From the NCBI GenBank assembly GCA_964016885.1, contig OZ024744.1, positions 126,356,001 to 126,420,000 of the forward strand: a stretch of 64,000 nucleotides of DNA, in the 5' to 3' direction. This DNA comes from Eledone cirrhosa (taxonomy: Eukaryota). The notes below the pieces were generated by a model, which worked only from the letters and a program-made list of their open reading frames with translations, was not told where the DNA came from and searched no databases. Numbering within the stretch: the first letter of the stretch is position 1; the number at the start of each line of letters is the position of its first letter. Made by a program: the position numbers and the translations under genes. This document shows, piece by piece, positions 35,620-49,536 of this stretch.

Positions 35620-37330
35620 AATCATGTGCATACAGGAGTTCCCATGGACAGCCAGTAATATGTAATAGCCTGCAGGATGATAATAAACAGAAGAGGGTTA
35701 ATTACAGAGCCCTGATAGAGGGTTAATAACAGAGCCCTGATAGACTTGTTCACTCAACTCCTCACTATAGCCATCATTACTTTTAACCTTACTGACTGCT
35801 CCTCCATACATGGCTTTTACTGCTCTCACAAGCCACTCATATACCCCTAGTTTTCTAAGTTATACACCAGATTAGGGAAGGGGGAAGTCTCACAGAAGCT
35901 CTCTCTGGGTCAACAAATGCCAAGTAGAGGGGCTTATTTTAGCTAGGTACTACTCTTGCAGTTGCCACACAAGGAAGAGGACATCAGTGGTACTTTTACC
36001 TGGCACAAATCCAAACTTCATCTCATCTAGGTTAACTTGGTCCCTAATCAGCTGTGTTATAAATCTAACACCTTCATGAAGTGGTCCATCTAATATCTCT
36101 ATAGTTTTCTAGCTCTAGTACATCTCCTTTGCCCTTGTAGCAGTTGATGATGATGATACTACACCATTTATTTGGTATGACACCATTTTGTATTACATGC
36201 TGTACGATACCAGTGGTTAAGATGTGACCCACCATCCCAGATACTTTCAGTATCTCAGCAACTATCACCAATGGACAAGATACTTTCTCTGTCTTCATAT
36301 CCTTAATTACCTTACTTCATATCCTTAATTACCTTACTGCTTACTTGTATGGCTGGACCCTCTGTTGGGCCCACTTTCCGTAGACTATCTTCCTCCCATG
36401 CATTCTCCTCATTCAGTAATCTTTCATAAAGGCATTTCCATGTTACAAAGGTTGGCTGAAAAGTTCATAGACTATCAATGATAGCATGATGCTAGAACTG
36501 TGAAATCTTGCCTGCATTAATTTCAACTCTTCTTATTAATAACTGCATTGTTTCCTTCCAGGGACTATGTTGAAAAATAAACCTCATTTGGTCATTCCAT
36601 GAGTGTATCTTGGTCTGCCTATGAACTTTTCAGCTGACCCTATTCAGCATCAGTGAGCCCAAATGCCCCATTATCATCCTGGACACACTTTACCCCAACA
36701 TCACAATTTGCCCTCACACACTGCCTCACAATCCTGAACATCTCATGTATTTCATCCTCACATCATAAAACCAACTGAAATTATATATTCTCTGCTTCCC
36801 TCCTTGCAAAGAATACTTCTTGCCTAGCTTCCTGTAGTGTACCCTCCAGCTGCCTCCATTCTGCCATTATTCCATGCCTGTCTCTTGGCCTTAACTGTCT
36901 CATCTACCCTAGTGTTTCACCACCAAGATACTCTCCTCTCTGAAGCCCTGCTCCAGCCACAGATCTAGTTTGACACCTTCAGCAAAGGTTCTTTAAGGAA
37001 CTCCCACTGTTCCCCTATATTGTATGTTTCTATTTGTTCTTCCTTACTGTTGTAAAGATCAAACAAAATATCTCTAAATTTGGAACTGGCTGAGGGGTCC
37101 TTTAACTTCCATATCCTTCTCCTCCAAGTTGCCCTCAGTCTTCAAGTTCATCTAAGTCTATGAAATCACTAACTACTGGGTTATGTTGGGAGGTGCATTC
37201 TTCCCCAGGGGGTGGGGATTGTGTGTTTACAAATGTCAATATCTCATCTTCTGGTGAGGATAAAAATCTGACTGGCATGCTCCTCTGACCAATAGGTGTT
37301 GAAGTGGTTGTCGGGTAAACGTTAAGACCC
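35620..37330 (-). mobile_element. Decayed RTE-like LINE (endonuclease end to RT); copies at ~39690-41400 and ~50626-52337
   Basis: Minus strand encodes G-C-P-W-E-L-L (ggagttcccatggacagcc, 35634-35653), IVAEILK...IPNKW...YKGKGD.LELENYR.I and DEMKFGFVPGKSTTD. Many frameshifts. Confidence 0.8.
36444..36642. mobile_element. Mariner-like MITE (~200 bp) nested in the LINE; copies at 40513-40711 and 51450-51648
   Basis: Terminal inverted repeats ggttggctgaaaagttcatag and ctatgaacttttcagctgacc, with flanking TA. Confidence 0.7.
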
Positions 37331-37355
37331 TCTGATATACATATATATATATATA

Positions 37356-37642
37356 CTAGCAGTGGTACCCGGCGTTGCACGGGATAACGTATTTCGGAAC
37401 GCGGGCCGCCATCTTCCACTTCAGCCGGTCGCCCTAAAGTGTTGGCTATTCAGTCTACTTGAGGCCAGTTGGTGAGGGGGGGGTAAAGCTTTCAGTGTGC
37501 TACTACCCTCACGGTCAAATAGAAAGGGAGAGGAAGAAAAGTCAGCGTTAATATCGTGCTACACGTTTGAAAGGTTGGATGACCTTAGAGTTCACCAGGG
37601 TGGGGGGTTCTAAAAGTATCTATCTTGGTATTTTATCTTAGA
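37356..37642 (-). mobile_element. Short non-autonomous Helitron-like element; copies at 41427-41711 and 52364-52648
   Basis: a|CTAGcagtggtacccggcgttgcacggg is the reverse complement of a hairpin+CTAG 3' end within (TA)n. The putative 5' end TCTAAGATAAAATACC (minus strand) at 37642 is less certain. Confidence 0.55.
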
Positions 37643-37699
37643 AGTAATCATTACAGAGTGTACTGGGTGTATTTTAGTGGGCAGTAATTCCATAAAGAA

Positions 37700-38430
37700 C
37701 ACAGTATAATCTGTGGACACAAGCCTTGCAGTGTGATTACAGGCAGGTTAATGGGAAAGATAGATTATATATGTGACATGATGTACATGAGAAGTGAGGA
37801 CACAGACCACACATGAAATAGATTCCTACAACTGTCAGGGAGGCTCCCTAGAATTACAGATGACATATTTCAATATCTCGGTGATCAAGTTAGCAGTGGA
37901 GGAAGAATCTCTAAAAGTGTAATACCCAGGATAAGGACAGGCTGGAAGAAGTTTAGAGTACTGTTCCATCTGTTGACAACAAAGGGCTTCTCTCTCAGAA
38001 TGGAGGCTAGACTGCTTGATACTTATGTGTGGTCTGCAATCTACACCCCAGCCATGCCCCTTCCACTACCACTCCTTAGCTATTTCTCTCCATTAATACT
38101 CCTCACATTTCAAGCAGTTTTCTCATCTCAATGAAAGAAAAATATTGGGCTCAAGAGAAGTCTTCAGTTATGCCATGGTGTGGCAACCTCCCTAGGGTTG
38201 GGCAGAGTGTAAATGAGAGTGAAATTAGGTATGAGAGGGATCAGATGCAGTATACAAGAGAGTAGATTACATTGGTATGGTCATGTGATGGGTATAAAGG
38301 ATGACAGCTGTATAAAAATGTGCTGGGCAATCAAAGTTGATGGAAGTTATGAAGGCGGAAGACCTAGGATGAGGTGATAAAAGATGACTTTGCACAATTG
38401 CAACTCTCAAAGACAATGACACAGGATAGA
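37700..38430 (+). mobile_element. Decayed RTE-like LINE 3' fragment
   Basis: Encodes YLGDQVSSGG, RIRTGWKKFR, RLHWYGHV and GRPR, typical RTE C-terminal motifs. Confidence 0.7.
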
Positions 38431-38759
38431 GATCTTATTTATGTTTATTTACGTTTAGCGTAATCGATTTGTTTTCGATTTGTTTCCATATCACCACGCG
38501 TTTTATTTCATAGTCATAGTTATCAAGTTAGAAAACAAATGAAGTTCAGGGGGCCGACACTACCGACTTTCTTAAAGAAAAACAATTTAACGCGGGTAAC
38601 TACAAGATAACCTTGATTTGTAATACTGGCAGACATTGAAATATTTAAAATTCTCTATAATTTCCTTTTTATCAGGTCCCAAGCAGTAACACTTCGAATA
38701 TTTCAATAAATATTAACCAGTTACTCCCGTTTTCGTTCTTTCTTTAATGTGCACTCTTT

Positions 38760-39098
38760 CTTTCTTTAATGTGCATTCTTTCTTTCCTCTACACTGCATC
38801 TGACCTCTCTTATACCTAGTTTCTCTCTCAGTTTATTAATGCTTGTTGTTCATGCACACTATTACACATCTATCAGATCCTGTAAACTTCATTTCTTTCC
38901 AGTCTTTATAGGTCCTCTGAATATATTGCCCTGGTCTCACTTCAATGTAACATTGCTGTTTGTACACAGACTTCATACAATCTGCCTTTCACTTTCAGGG
39001 GAAATCATTTTGTAGGCATCAGTAGTAGTAGCTCCCTAAACTGTTTCCATCCCATTCTCACTCAGGCTACTGTACCTTCAGAACACCCACCTCCACTG
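38760..39098 (-). mobile_element. RTE-like LINE 3' fragment, minus strand
   Basis: Minus strand reads SGGGCSEG...RMGWKQFRELL...LKVKGRLY. Confidence 0.6.
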
Positions 39099-41987
39099 TT
39101 AATTTGGTTAATTAAGTTAACAGAAATTATGAACCGGTTTCTACAGAGCCTTCTGGACATTTAACCCTTTAGCATTTAAACCAGCCATACCTAGCCAGAA
39201 TACTCTCACATCTTTCTGTTCAAACCAGCCATAACTGGCCACTCATACTGACGTTAAGGTATTGTTCTCAATATAAATAATATCAAAATCTCATAGATTC
39301 GATATTATATGAGATAATTATGTAAGATAAAGCCTTTACCACAAAAATACAATAGTATATATAGAGTAATAAAAATGCTAAAGGGTAAAAGTAGCTTATT
39401 ATTTTGTGAGCTCTTGCTACTTATTGCTCTTGTGCATCAAGAACATACACAGCTTACATTTTGTTGCTAATCTCACTGAGATCCAACTACATCTCTTGTT
39501 TATCCATAGTTTGGAATTTCTACCTACTCCTTTCCTTTAGAATGATCAAGGCCATTTTCTTGTGGGGATCTAGGCCCTGTTTTCCTTTCTATTTTGCCAA
39601 GTTATCTTACATCACTTTCATTCTAGACCATGCTTCCAGGTTTGGAATTTCTCCTCTAATTTTACCACAGATTAAGTGACAAGGGTTCAATCATGTGCAT
39701 ACAGGAGTTCCCATGGACAGCCAGTAATATGTAATAGCCTGCAGGATGATAATAAACAGAAGAGGGTTAATTACAGAGCCCTGATAGAGGGTTAATAACA
39801 GAGCCCTGATAGACTTGTTCACTCAACTCCTCACTATAGCCATCATTACTTTTAACCTTACTGACTGCTCCTCCATACATGGCTTTTACTGCTCTCACAA
39901 GCCACTCATATACCCCTAGTTTTCTAAGTTATACACCAGATTAGGGAAGGGGGAAGTCTCACAGAAGCTCTCTCTGGGTCAACAAATGCCAAGTAGAGGG
40001 GCTTATTTTAGCTAGGTACTACTCTTGCAGTTGCCACACAAGGAAGAGGACATCAGTGGTACTTTTACCTGGCACAAATCCAAACTTCATCTCATCTAGG
40101 TTAACTTGGTCCCTAATCAGCTGTGTTATAAATCTAACACCTTCATGAAGTGGTCCATCTAATATCTCTATAGTTTTCTAGCTCTAGTACATCTCCTTTG
40201 CCCTTGTAGCAGTTGATGATGATGATACTACACCATTTATTTGGTATGACACCATTTTGTATTACATGCTGTACGATACCAGTGGTTAAGATGTGACCCA
40301 CCATCCCAGATACTTTCAGTATCTCAGCAACTATCACCAATGGACAAGATACTTTCTCTGTCTTCATATCCTTAATTACCTTACTTCATATCCTTAATTA
40401 CCTTACTGCTTACTTGTATGGCTGGACCCTCTGTTGGGCCCACTTTCCGTAGACTATCTTCCTCCCATGCATTCTCCTCATTCAGTAATCTTTCATAAAG
40501 GCATTTCCATGTTACAAAGGTTGGCTGAAAAGTTCATAGACTATCAATGATAGCATGATGCTAGAGCTGTGAAATCTTGCCTGCATTAATTTCAACTCTT
40601 CTTATTAATAACTGCATTGTTTCCTTCCAGGGACTATGTTGAAAAATAAACCTCATTTGGTCATTCCATGAGTGTATCTTGGTCTGCCTATGAACTTTTC
40701 AGCTGACCCTATTCAGCATCAGTGAGCCCAAATGCCCCATTATCATCCTGGACACACTTTACCCCAACATCACAATTTGCCCTCACACACTGCCTCACAA
40801 TCCTGAACATCTCATGTATTTCATCCTCACATCATAAAACCAACTGAAATTATATATTCTCTGCTTCCCTCCTTGCAAAGAATACTTCTTGCCTAGCTTC
40901 CTGTAGTGTACCCTCCAGCTGCCTCCATTCTGCCATTATTCCATGCCTGTCTCTTGGCCTTAACTGTCTCATCTACCCTAGTGTTTCACCACCAAGATAC
41001 TCTCCTCTCTGAAGCCCTGCTCCAGCCACAGATCTAGTTTGACACCTTCAGCAAAGGTTCTTTAAGGAACTCCCACTGTTCCCCTATATTGTATGTTTCT
41101 ATTTGTTCTTCCTTACTGTTGTAAAGATCAAACAAAATATCTCTAAATTTGGAACTGGCTGAGGGGTCCTTTAACTTCCATATCCTTCTCCTCCAAGTTG
41201 CCCTCAGTCTTCAAGTTCATCTAAGTCTATGAAATCACTAACTACTGGGTTATGTTGGGAGGTGCATTCTTCCCCAGGGGGTGGGGATTGTGTGTTTACA
41301 AATGTCAATATCTCATCTTCTGGTGAGGATAAAAATCTGACTGGCATGCTCCTCTGACCAATAGGTGTTGAAGTGGTTGTCGGGTAAACGTTAAGACCCT
41401 CTGATATACATATATATATATATATACTAGCAGTGGTACCCGGCGTTGCACGGGATAACGTATTTCGGAACGCGGGCCGCCATCTTCCACTTCAGCCGGT
41501 CGCCCTAAAGTGTTGGCTATTCAGTCTACTTGAGGCCAGTTGGTGAGGGGGGTAAAGCTTTCAGTGTGCTACTACCCTCACGGTCAAATAGAAAGGGAGA
41601 GGAAGAAAAGTCAGCGTTAATATCGTGCTACACGTTTGAAAGGTTGGATGACCTTAGAGTTCACCAGGGTGGGGGGTTCTAAAAGTATCTATCTTGGTAT
41701 TTTATCTTAGAAGTAATCATTACAGAGTGTACTGGGTGTATTTTAGTGGGCAGTAATTCCATAAAGAACACAGTATAATCTGTGGACACAAGCCTTGCAG
41801 TGTGATTACAGGCAGGTTAATGGGAAAGATAGATTATATATGTGACATGATGTACATGAGAAGTGAGGACACAGACCACACATGAAATAGATTCCTACAA
41901 CTGTCAGGGAGGCTCCCTAGAATTACAGATGACATATTTCAATATCTCGGTGATCAAGTTAGCAGTGGAGGAAGAATCTCTAAAAGT

Positions 41988-44900
41988 CACACCACACACA
42001 GCCAATGAGTGTCCGCACATGTACCAGTAATTACAGATGGATCCCACCACGGGCGGCTGGCCCACGATCGAAAAGGTTACTCCGCCTGCAAACGGTCATT
42101 TTCGAATTCGTTTTCTTCGAAGCACACGATTCGCCGGCGGACTTCAGCTGCCTCATTTAGCATGGGCAGTTTTTCTCGAAAATCACACCACACACAGCAA
42201 ATGTGTGTCCGCACATGTACCAGTAATTACAGATCGATTCCGGTGAAAATTCACTGAAAACGGGCCATCCGGCCCTGTGCGTCGATCGTGGGCCGGCCGG
42301 ATGTTGACGGATCGATGTGTAATTAGAAGTACATGTGCGGACACTCATTGGCTGTGCGTGGTATGCATTTCAGCAAGATATCTCCGTAACATCAAGAGTT
42401 ATGGCTGTGGAGGCACACCTAGTCAAACGTAAACAAGGTCTGGAGCGTTTACGCTTCGCGATTTTGTTTACGTTTGACTAGGTGTGCCTCCACAGCCATA
42501 ACTCTTGATGTTACGGAGATATCTTGCTGAAATGCATACCGCGCACAGCCAATGAGTGTCCGCACATGTACTTCTAATTACACATCGATCCGTCAACATC
42601 CGGCCGGCCCACGATCGACGCACAGGGCCGGATGGCCCGTTTTCAGTGAATTTTCACCGGAATCGATCTGTAATTACTGGTACATGTGCGGAGACACATT
42701 TGCTGTGTGTGGTGTGATTTTCAAGAAAAACTGCCCATGCTAAATGAGGAAGCTGAAGTCCGCCGGCGAATGGTGTGCTTCGAAGAAAACTAATTCGAAA
42801 ATGACCGTTTGCAGGCGGAGTAACCTTTTCGATCGTGGGCCAGCCGCCCGTGGTGGGATCCATCTGTAATTACTGGTACATGTGCGGACATACATTTGCT
42901 GTGTGTGGTGTGATTTTCAAGAAGAACTGCCCATGCTAAATGAGGAAGCTGAAGTCCGCCGGCGAATGGTGTGCTTCGAAGAAAACTAATTCGAAAATGA
43001 CCGTTTGCAGGCGGGGTAACCTTTTCGATCGTGGGCCAGCCGCCCGTGGTGGGATCCATCTGTAATTACTGGTACATGTGCGGACACACATTTGCTGTGT
43101 GTGGTGTGATTTTCGAGAAAGACTGCCCATGCTAAATGAGGAAGCTGAAGTCCGCCGGCGAATGGTGTGCTTCGAAGAAAACTAATTCGAAAATGACTAT
43201 TTGCCGGCGGAATCACCTTTTCGGTCCTGGTCCGGCCGGATCTTGCCGGATCGATCGGAAATTTGTGGACCATGTTCGGAAGGCCATTGTGCATGTGTGG
43301 TGAAAAAAATTTGTGTCGAAATCTTCTCGGAAAATAACGGATCGCCGGCGGAGATTGCCATTTCGATCGTGGGCCGGCCGGATCTTGTCGGATCGATTCG
43401 GACATATGTGCATCGTGTTCGCAAGGCCCTTGTCTATGTGTGGTGTGATTTTCATAAAGAAATTCCGAAAAACCCAGTTTTAAATCTGATTTCGCCAAAG
43501 AATTTTGGCTATCAGATCGGGTTGAAAGGTATGGTTTCAGGTCGATCTGAAAGTCTAAAATGGAATTCACTCGGTTAGCTAACTTTTGATATATCGGAGA
43601 TATCTTTCTGAAAATCACACCACACACTCCCAATGAGTGTCTGCACATGTACCAGTAATTACAGATGGATCCCACCACGGGCTGCCGGCCCACGATCGAA
43701 AAGGTTACTCCGAAGCACACCATTCGCCGGCGGAATTCATTTAGCATGGGCAGTTTTTCTCGAAAATCACACCACACACAGCCAATGAGTGTCCGCACAT
43801 GTACCAGTAATTACAGATGGATCCCACCACGGGCGGCTGGCCCACGATCGAAAAGGTTACTCCGCCTGCAAACGGTCATTTTCGAATTCGTTTTCTTCGA
43901 AGCACACGATTCGCCGGCGGACTTCAGCTGCCTCATTTAGCATGGGCAGTTTTTCTCGAAAATCACACCACACACAGCAAATGTGTGTCCGCACATGTAC
44001 CAGTAATTACAGATCGATTCCGGTGAAAATTCACTGAAAACGGGCCATTCGGCCCTGTGCGTCGATCGTGGGCCGGCCGGATGTTGACGGATCGATGTGT
44101 AATTAGAAGTACATGTGCGGACACTCATTGGCTGTGCGTGGTATGCATTTCAGCAAGATATCTCCGTAACATCAAGAGTTATGGCTGTGGAGGCACACCT
44201 AGTCAAACGTAAACAAGCTCTGGAGCGTATACGCTTCGCGATTTTGTTTACGTTTGACTAGGTGTGCCTCCACAGCCACAACTCTTGATGTTACGGAGAT
44301 ATCTTGCTGAAATGCATACCACGCACAGCCAATGAGTGTCCGCACATGTACTTCTAATTACACATCGATCCGTCAACATCCGGCCGGCCCACGATCGACG
44401 CACAGGGCCGGATGGCCCGTTTTCAGTGAATTTTCACCGGAATCGATCTGTAATTACTGGTACATGTGCGGACACACATTTGCTGTGTGTGGTGTGATTT
44501 TCACGAAAAACTGCCCATGCTAAATGAGGAAGCTGAAGTCCGCCGGCGAATGGTGTGCTTCGAAGAAAACTAATTCGAAAATGACCGTTTGCAGGCGGGG
44601 TAACCTTTTCGATCGTGGGCCAGCCGCCCGTGGTGGGATCCATCTGTAATTACTGGTACATGTGCGGACACACATTTGCTGTGTGTGGTGTGATTTTCGA
44701 GAAAGACTGCCCATGCTAAATGAGGAAGCTGAAGTCCGCCGGCGAATGGTGTGCTTCGAAGAAAACTAATTCGAAAATGACTATTTGCCGGCGGAATCAC
44801 CTTTTCGGTCCTGGTCCGGCCGGATCTTGCCGGATCGATCGGAAATTTGTGGACCATGTTCGGAAGGCCATTGTGCATGTGTGGTGAAAAAAATTTGTGT

Positions 44901-47900
44901 CGAAATCTTCTCGGAAAATAACGGATCGCCGGCGGAGATTGCCATTTCGATCGTGGGCCGGCCGGATCTTGTCGGATCGATTCGGACATATGTGCATCGT
45001 GTTCGCAAGGCCCTTGTCTATGTGTGGTGTGATTTTCATAAAGAAATTCCGAAAAACCCAGTTTTAAATCTGATTTCGCCAAAGAATTTTGGCTATCAGA
45101 TCGGGTTGAAAGGTATGGTTTCAGGTCGATCTGAAAGTCTAAAATGGAATTCACTCGGTTAGCTAACTTTTGATATATCGGAGATATCTTTCTGAAAATC
45201 ACACCACACACTCCCAATGAGTGTCTGCACATGTACCAGTAATTACAGATGGATCCCACCACGGGCTGCCGGCCCACGATCGAAAAGGTTACTCCGAAGC
45301 ACACCATTCGCCGGCGGAATTCATTTAGCATGGGCAGTTTTTCTCGAAAATCACACCACACACAGCCAATGAGTGTCCGCACATGTACCAGTAATTACAG
45401 ATGGATCCCACCACGGGCGGCTGGCCCACGATCGAAAAGGTTACTCCGCCTGCAAACGGTCATTTCGAATTCGTTTTCTTCGAAGCACACGATTCGCCGG
45501 CGGACTTCAGCTGCCTCATTTAGCATGGGCAGTTTTTCTCGAAAATCACACCACACACAGCAAATGTGTGTCCGCACATGTACCAGTAATTACAGATCGA
45601 TTCCGGTGAAAATTCACTGAAAACGGGCCATTCGGCCCTGTGCGTCGATCGTGGGCCGGCCGGATGTTGACGGATCGATGTGTAATTAGAAGTACATGTG
45701 CGGACACTCATTGGCTGTGCGTGGTATGCATTTCAGCAAGATATCTCCGTAACATCAAGAGTTATGGCTGTGGAGGCACACCTAGTCAAACGTAAACAAG
45801 CTCTGGAGCGTATACGCTTCGCGATTTTGTTTACGTTTGACTAGGTGTGCCTCCACAGCCACAACTCTTGATGTTACGGAGATATCTTGCTGAAATGCAT
45901 ACCACGCACAGCCAATGAGTGTCCGCACATGTACTTCTAATTACACATCGATCCGTCAACATCCGGCCGGCCCACGATCGACGCACAGGGCCGGATGGCC
46001 CGTTTTCAGTGAATTTTCACCGGAATCGATCTGTAATTACTGGTACATGTGCGGACACACATTTGCTGTGTGTGGTGTGATTTTCAAGAAAAACTGCCCA
46101 TGCTAAATGAGGAAGCTGAAGTCCGCCGGCGAATGGTGTGCTTCGAAGAAAACTAATTCGAAAATGACCGTTTGCAGGCGGAGTAACCTTTTCGATCGTG
46201 GGCCAGCCGCCCGTGGTGGGATACATCTGTAATTACTGGTACATGTGCGGACACACATTTGCTGTGTGTGGTGTGATTTTCGAGAAAGACTGCCCATGCT
46301 AAATGAGGAAGCTGAAGTCCGCCGGCGAATGGTGTGCTTCGAAGAAAACTAATTCGAAAATGACTATTTGCCGGCGGAATCACCTTTTCGGTCCTGGTCC
46401 GGCCGGATCTTGCCGGATCGATCGGAAGTTTGTGGACCATGTTCGGAAGGCCATTGTGCATGTGTGGTGAAAAAAATTTGTGTCGAAATCTTCTCGGAAA
46501 ATAACGGATCGCCGGCGGAGATTGCCATTTCGATCGTGGGCCGGCCGGATCTTGTCGGATCGATTCGGACATATGTGCATCGTGTTCGCAAGGCCCTTGT
46601 CTATGTGTGGTGTGATTTTCATAAAGAAATTCCGAAAAACCCAGTTTTAAATCTGATTTCGCCAAAGAATTTTGGCTATCAGATCGGGTTGAAAGGTATG
46701 GTTTCAGGTCGATCTGAAAGTCTAAAATGGAATTCACTCGGTTAGCTAACTTTTGATATATCGGAGATATCTTTCTGAAAATCACACCACACACTCCCAA
46801 TGAGTGTCTGCACATGTACCAGTAATTACAGATGGATCCCACCACGGGCGGCCGGCCCACGATCGAAAAGGTTACTCCGAAGCACACCATTCGCCGGCGG
46901 AATTCATTTAGCATGGGCAGTTTTTCTCGAAAATCACACCACACACAGCCAATGAGTGTCCGCACATGTACCAGTAATTACAGATGGATCCCACCACGGG
47001 CGGCTGGCCCACGATCGAAAAGGTTACTCCGCCTGCAAACGGTCATTTTCGAATTCGTTTTCTTCGAAGCACACGATTCGCCGGCGGACTTCAGCTGCCT
47101 CATTTAGCATGGGCAGTTTTTCTCGAAAATCACACCACACACAGCAAATGTGTGTCCGCACATGTACCAGTAATTACAGATCGATTCCGGTGAAAATTCA
47201 CTGAAAACGGGCCATTCGGCCCTGTGCGTCGATCGTGGGCCGGCCGGATGTTGACGGATCGATGTGTAATTAGAAGTACATGTGCGGACACTCATTGGCT
47301 GTGCGTGGTATGCATTTCAGCAAGATATCTCCGTAACATCAAGAGTTATGGCTGTGGAGGCACACCTAGTCAAACGTAAACAAGCTCTGGAGCGTATACG
47401 CTTCGCGATTTTGTTTACGTTTGACTAGGTGTGCCTCCACAGCCACAACTCTTGATGTTACGGAGATATCTTGCTGAAATGCATACCACGCACAGCCAAT
47501 GAGTGTCCGCACATGTACTTCTAATTACACATCGATCCGTCAACATCCGGCCGGCCCACGATCGACGCACAGGGCCGGATGGCCCGTTTTCAGTGAATTT
47601 TCACCGGAATCGATCTGTAATTACTGGTACATGTGCGGACACACATTTGCTGTGTGTGGTGTGATTTTCACGAAAAACTGCCCATGCTAAATGAGGAAGC
47701 TGAAGTCCGCCGGCGAATGGTGTGCTTCGAAGAAAACTAATTCGAAAATGACCGTTTGCAGGCGGAGTAACCTTTTCGATCGTGGGCCAGCCGCCCGTGG
47801 TGGGATACATCTGTAATTACTGGTACATGTGCGGACACACATTTGCTGTGTGTGGTGTGATTTTCGAGAAAGACTGCCCATGCTAAATGAGGAAGCTGAA

Positions 47901-49126
47901 GTCCGCCGGCGAATGGTGTGCTTCGAAGAAAACTAATTCGAAAATGACTATTTGCCGGCGGAATCACCTTTTCGGTCCTGGTCCGGCCGGATCTTGCCGG
48001 ATCGATCGGAAATTTGTGGACCATGTTCGGAAGGCCATTGTGCATGTGTGGTGAAAAAAATTTGTGTCGAAATCTTCTCGGAAAATAACGGATCGCCGGC
48101 GGAGATTGCCATTTCGATCGTGGGCCGGCCGGATCTTGTCGGATCGATTCGGACATATGTGCATCGTGTTCGCAAGGCCCTTGTCTATGTGTGGTGTGAT
48201 TTTCATAAAGAAATTCCGAAAAACCCAGTTTTAAATCTGATTTCGCCAAAGAATTTTGGCTATCAGATCGGGTTGAAAGGTATGGTTTCAGGTCGATCTG
48301 AAAGTCTAAAATGGAATTCACTCGGTTAGCTAACTATTGATATATCGGAGATATCTTTCTGAAAATCACACCACACACTCCCAATGAGTGTCTGCACATG
48401 TACCAGTAATTACAGATGGATCCCACCACGGGCGGCCGGCCCACGATCGAAAAGGTTACTCCGAAGCACACCATTCGCCGGCGGAATTCATTTAGCATGG
48501 GCAGTTTTTCTCGAAAATCACACCACACACAGCCAATGAGTGTCCGCACATGTACCAGTAATTACAGATGGATCCCACCACGGGCGGCTGGCCCACGATC
48601 GAAAAGGTTACTCCGCCTGCAAACGGTCATTTTCGAATTAGTTTTCTTCGAAGCACACCATTCGCCGGCGGACTTCAGCTTCCTCATTTAGCATGGGCAG
48701 TTTTTCTTGAAAATCACACCACACACAGCAAATGTGTGTCCGCACATGTACCAGTAATTACAGATCGATTCCGGTGAAAATTCACTGAAAACGGGCCATT
48801 CGGCCCTGTGCGTCGATCGTGGGCCGGCCGGATGTTGACGGATCGATGTGTAATTAGAAGTACATGTGCGGACACTCATTGGCTGTGCGTGGTATGCATT
48901 TCACTAAGATATCTCCGTAACATCAAGAGTTATGGCTGTGGAGGCACACCTAGTCAAACGTAAACAAGGTCTGGAGCGTTTACGCTTCGCGATTTTGTTT
49001 ACGTTTGACTAGGTGTGCCTCCACAGCGACAACTCTTGATGTTACGGAGATATCTTGCTGAAATTCATACCACGCACAGCCAATGAGTGTCCGCACATGT
49101 ACCTGTAATTACACATCGATCCGACG
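41988..49126. repeat. Palindromic satellite block 2
   Basis: Centres at ~42450, 44230, 45813, 47397 and 48981. Confidence 0.93.
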
Positions 49127-49484
49127 ACGGACAGAGTATTCGGTTTATTTTCTTGACATATTTCTTTACATATTGTCCAGGCATGCACTTTTTCCATGAT
49201 TAGTTCTGTTGACGGCCCGCTTTCCAAAATACCTTATCCTGTGCAACGCCGGGTACCACTGCTAGTATATATATGTGTATGTATATATATATATATATAT
49301 TGGTAAACGGAATAGAAAATTGTGACAAATTGTTCACAGTGAAAAATAGTTTAATTAGGAATAAGTGATAATTAGTAATAGTATTGGTTAGTATTAAGTT
49401 TTGGTTTTAAGTTTTACCGGTTGCGCATTTCTAATGCTTTTCAAAAATAATTTTGAGATAGAGCGTCCGTGATGTTTGCTCTGA

Positions 49485-49536
<52 letters not shown>

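Larger units (their letters stand above)
35030..41987. repeat. 4069-bp direct segmental duplication (35030-39098; second copy 39099-41987 truncated)
   Basis: Identical ORFs at offset 4069 (35392/39461 and 36074/40143). Shared start ttaatttggttaattaag. Confidence 0.93.
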
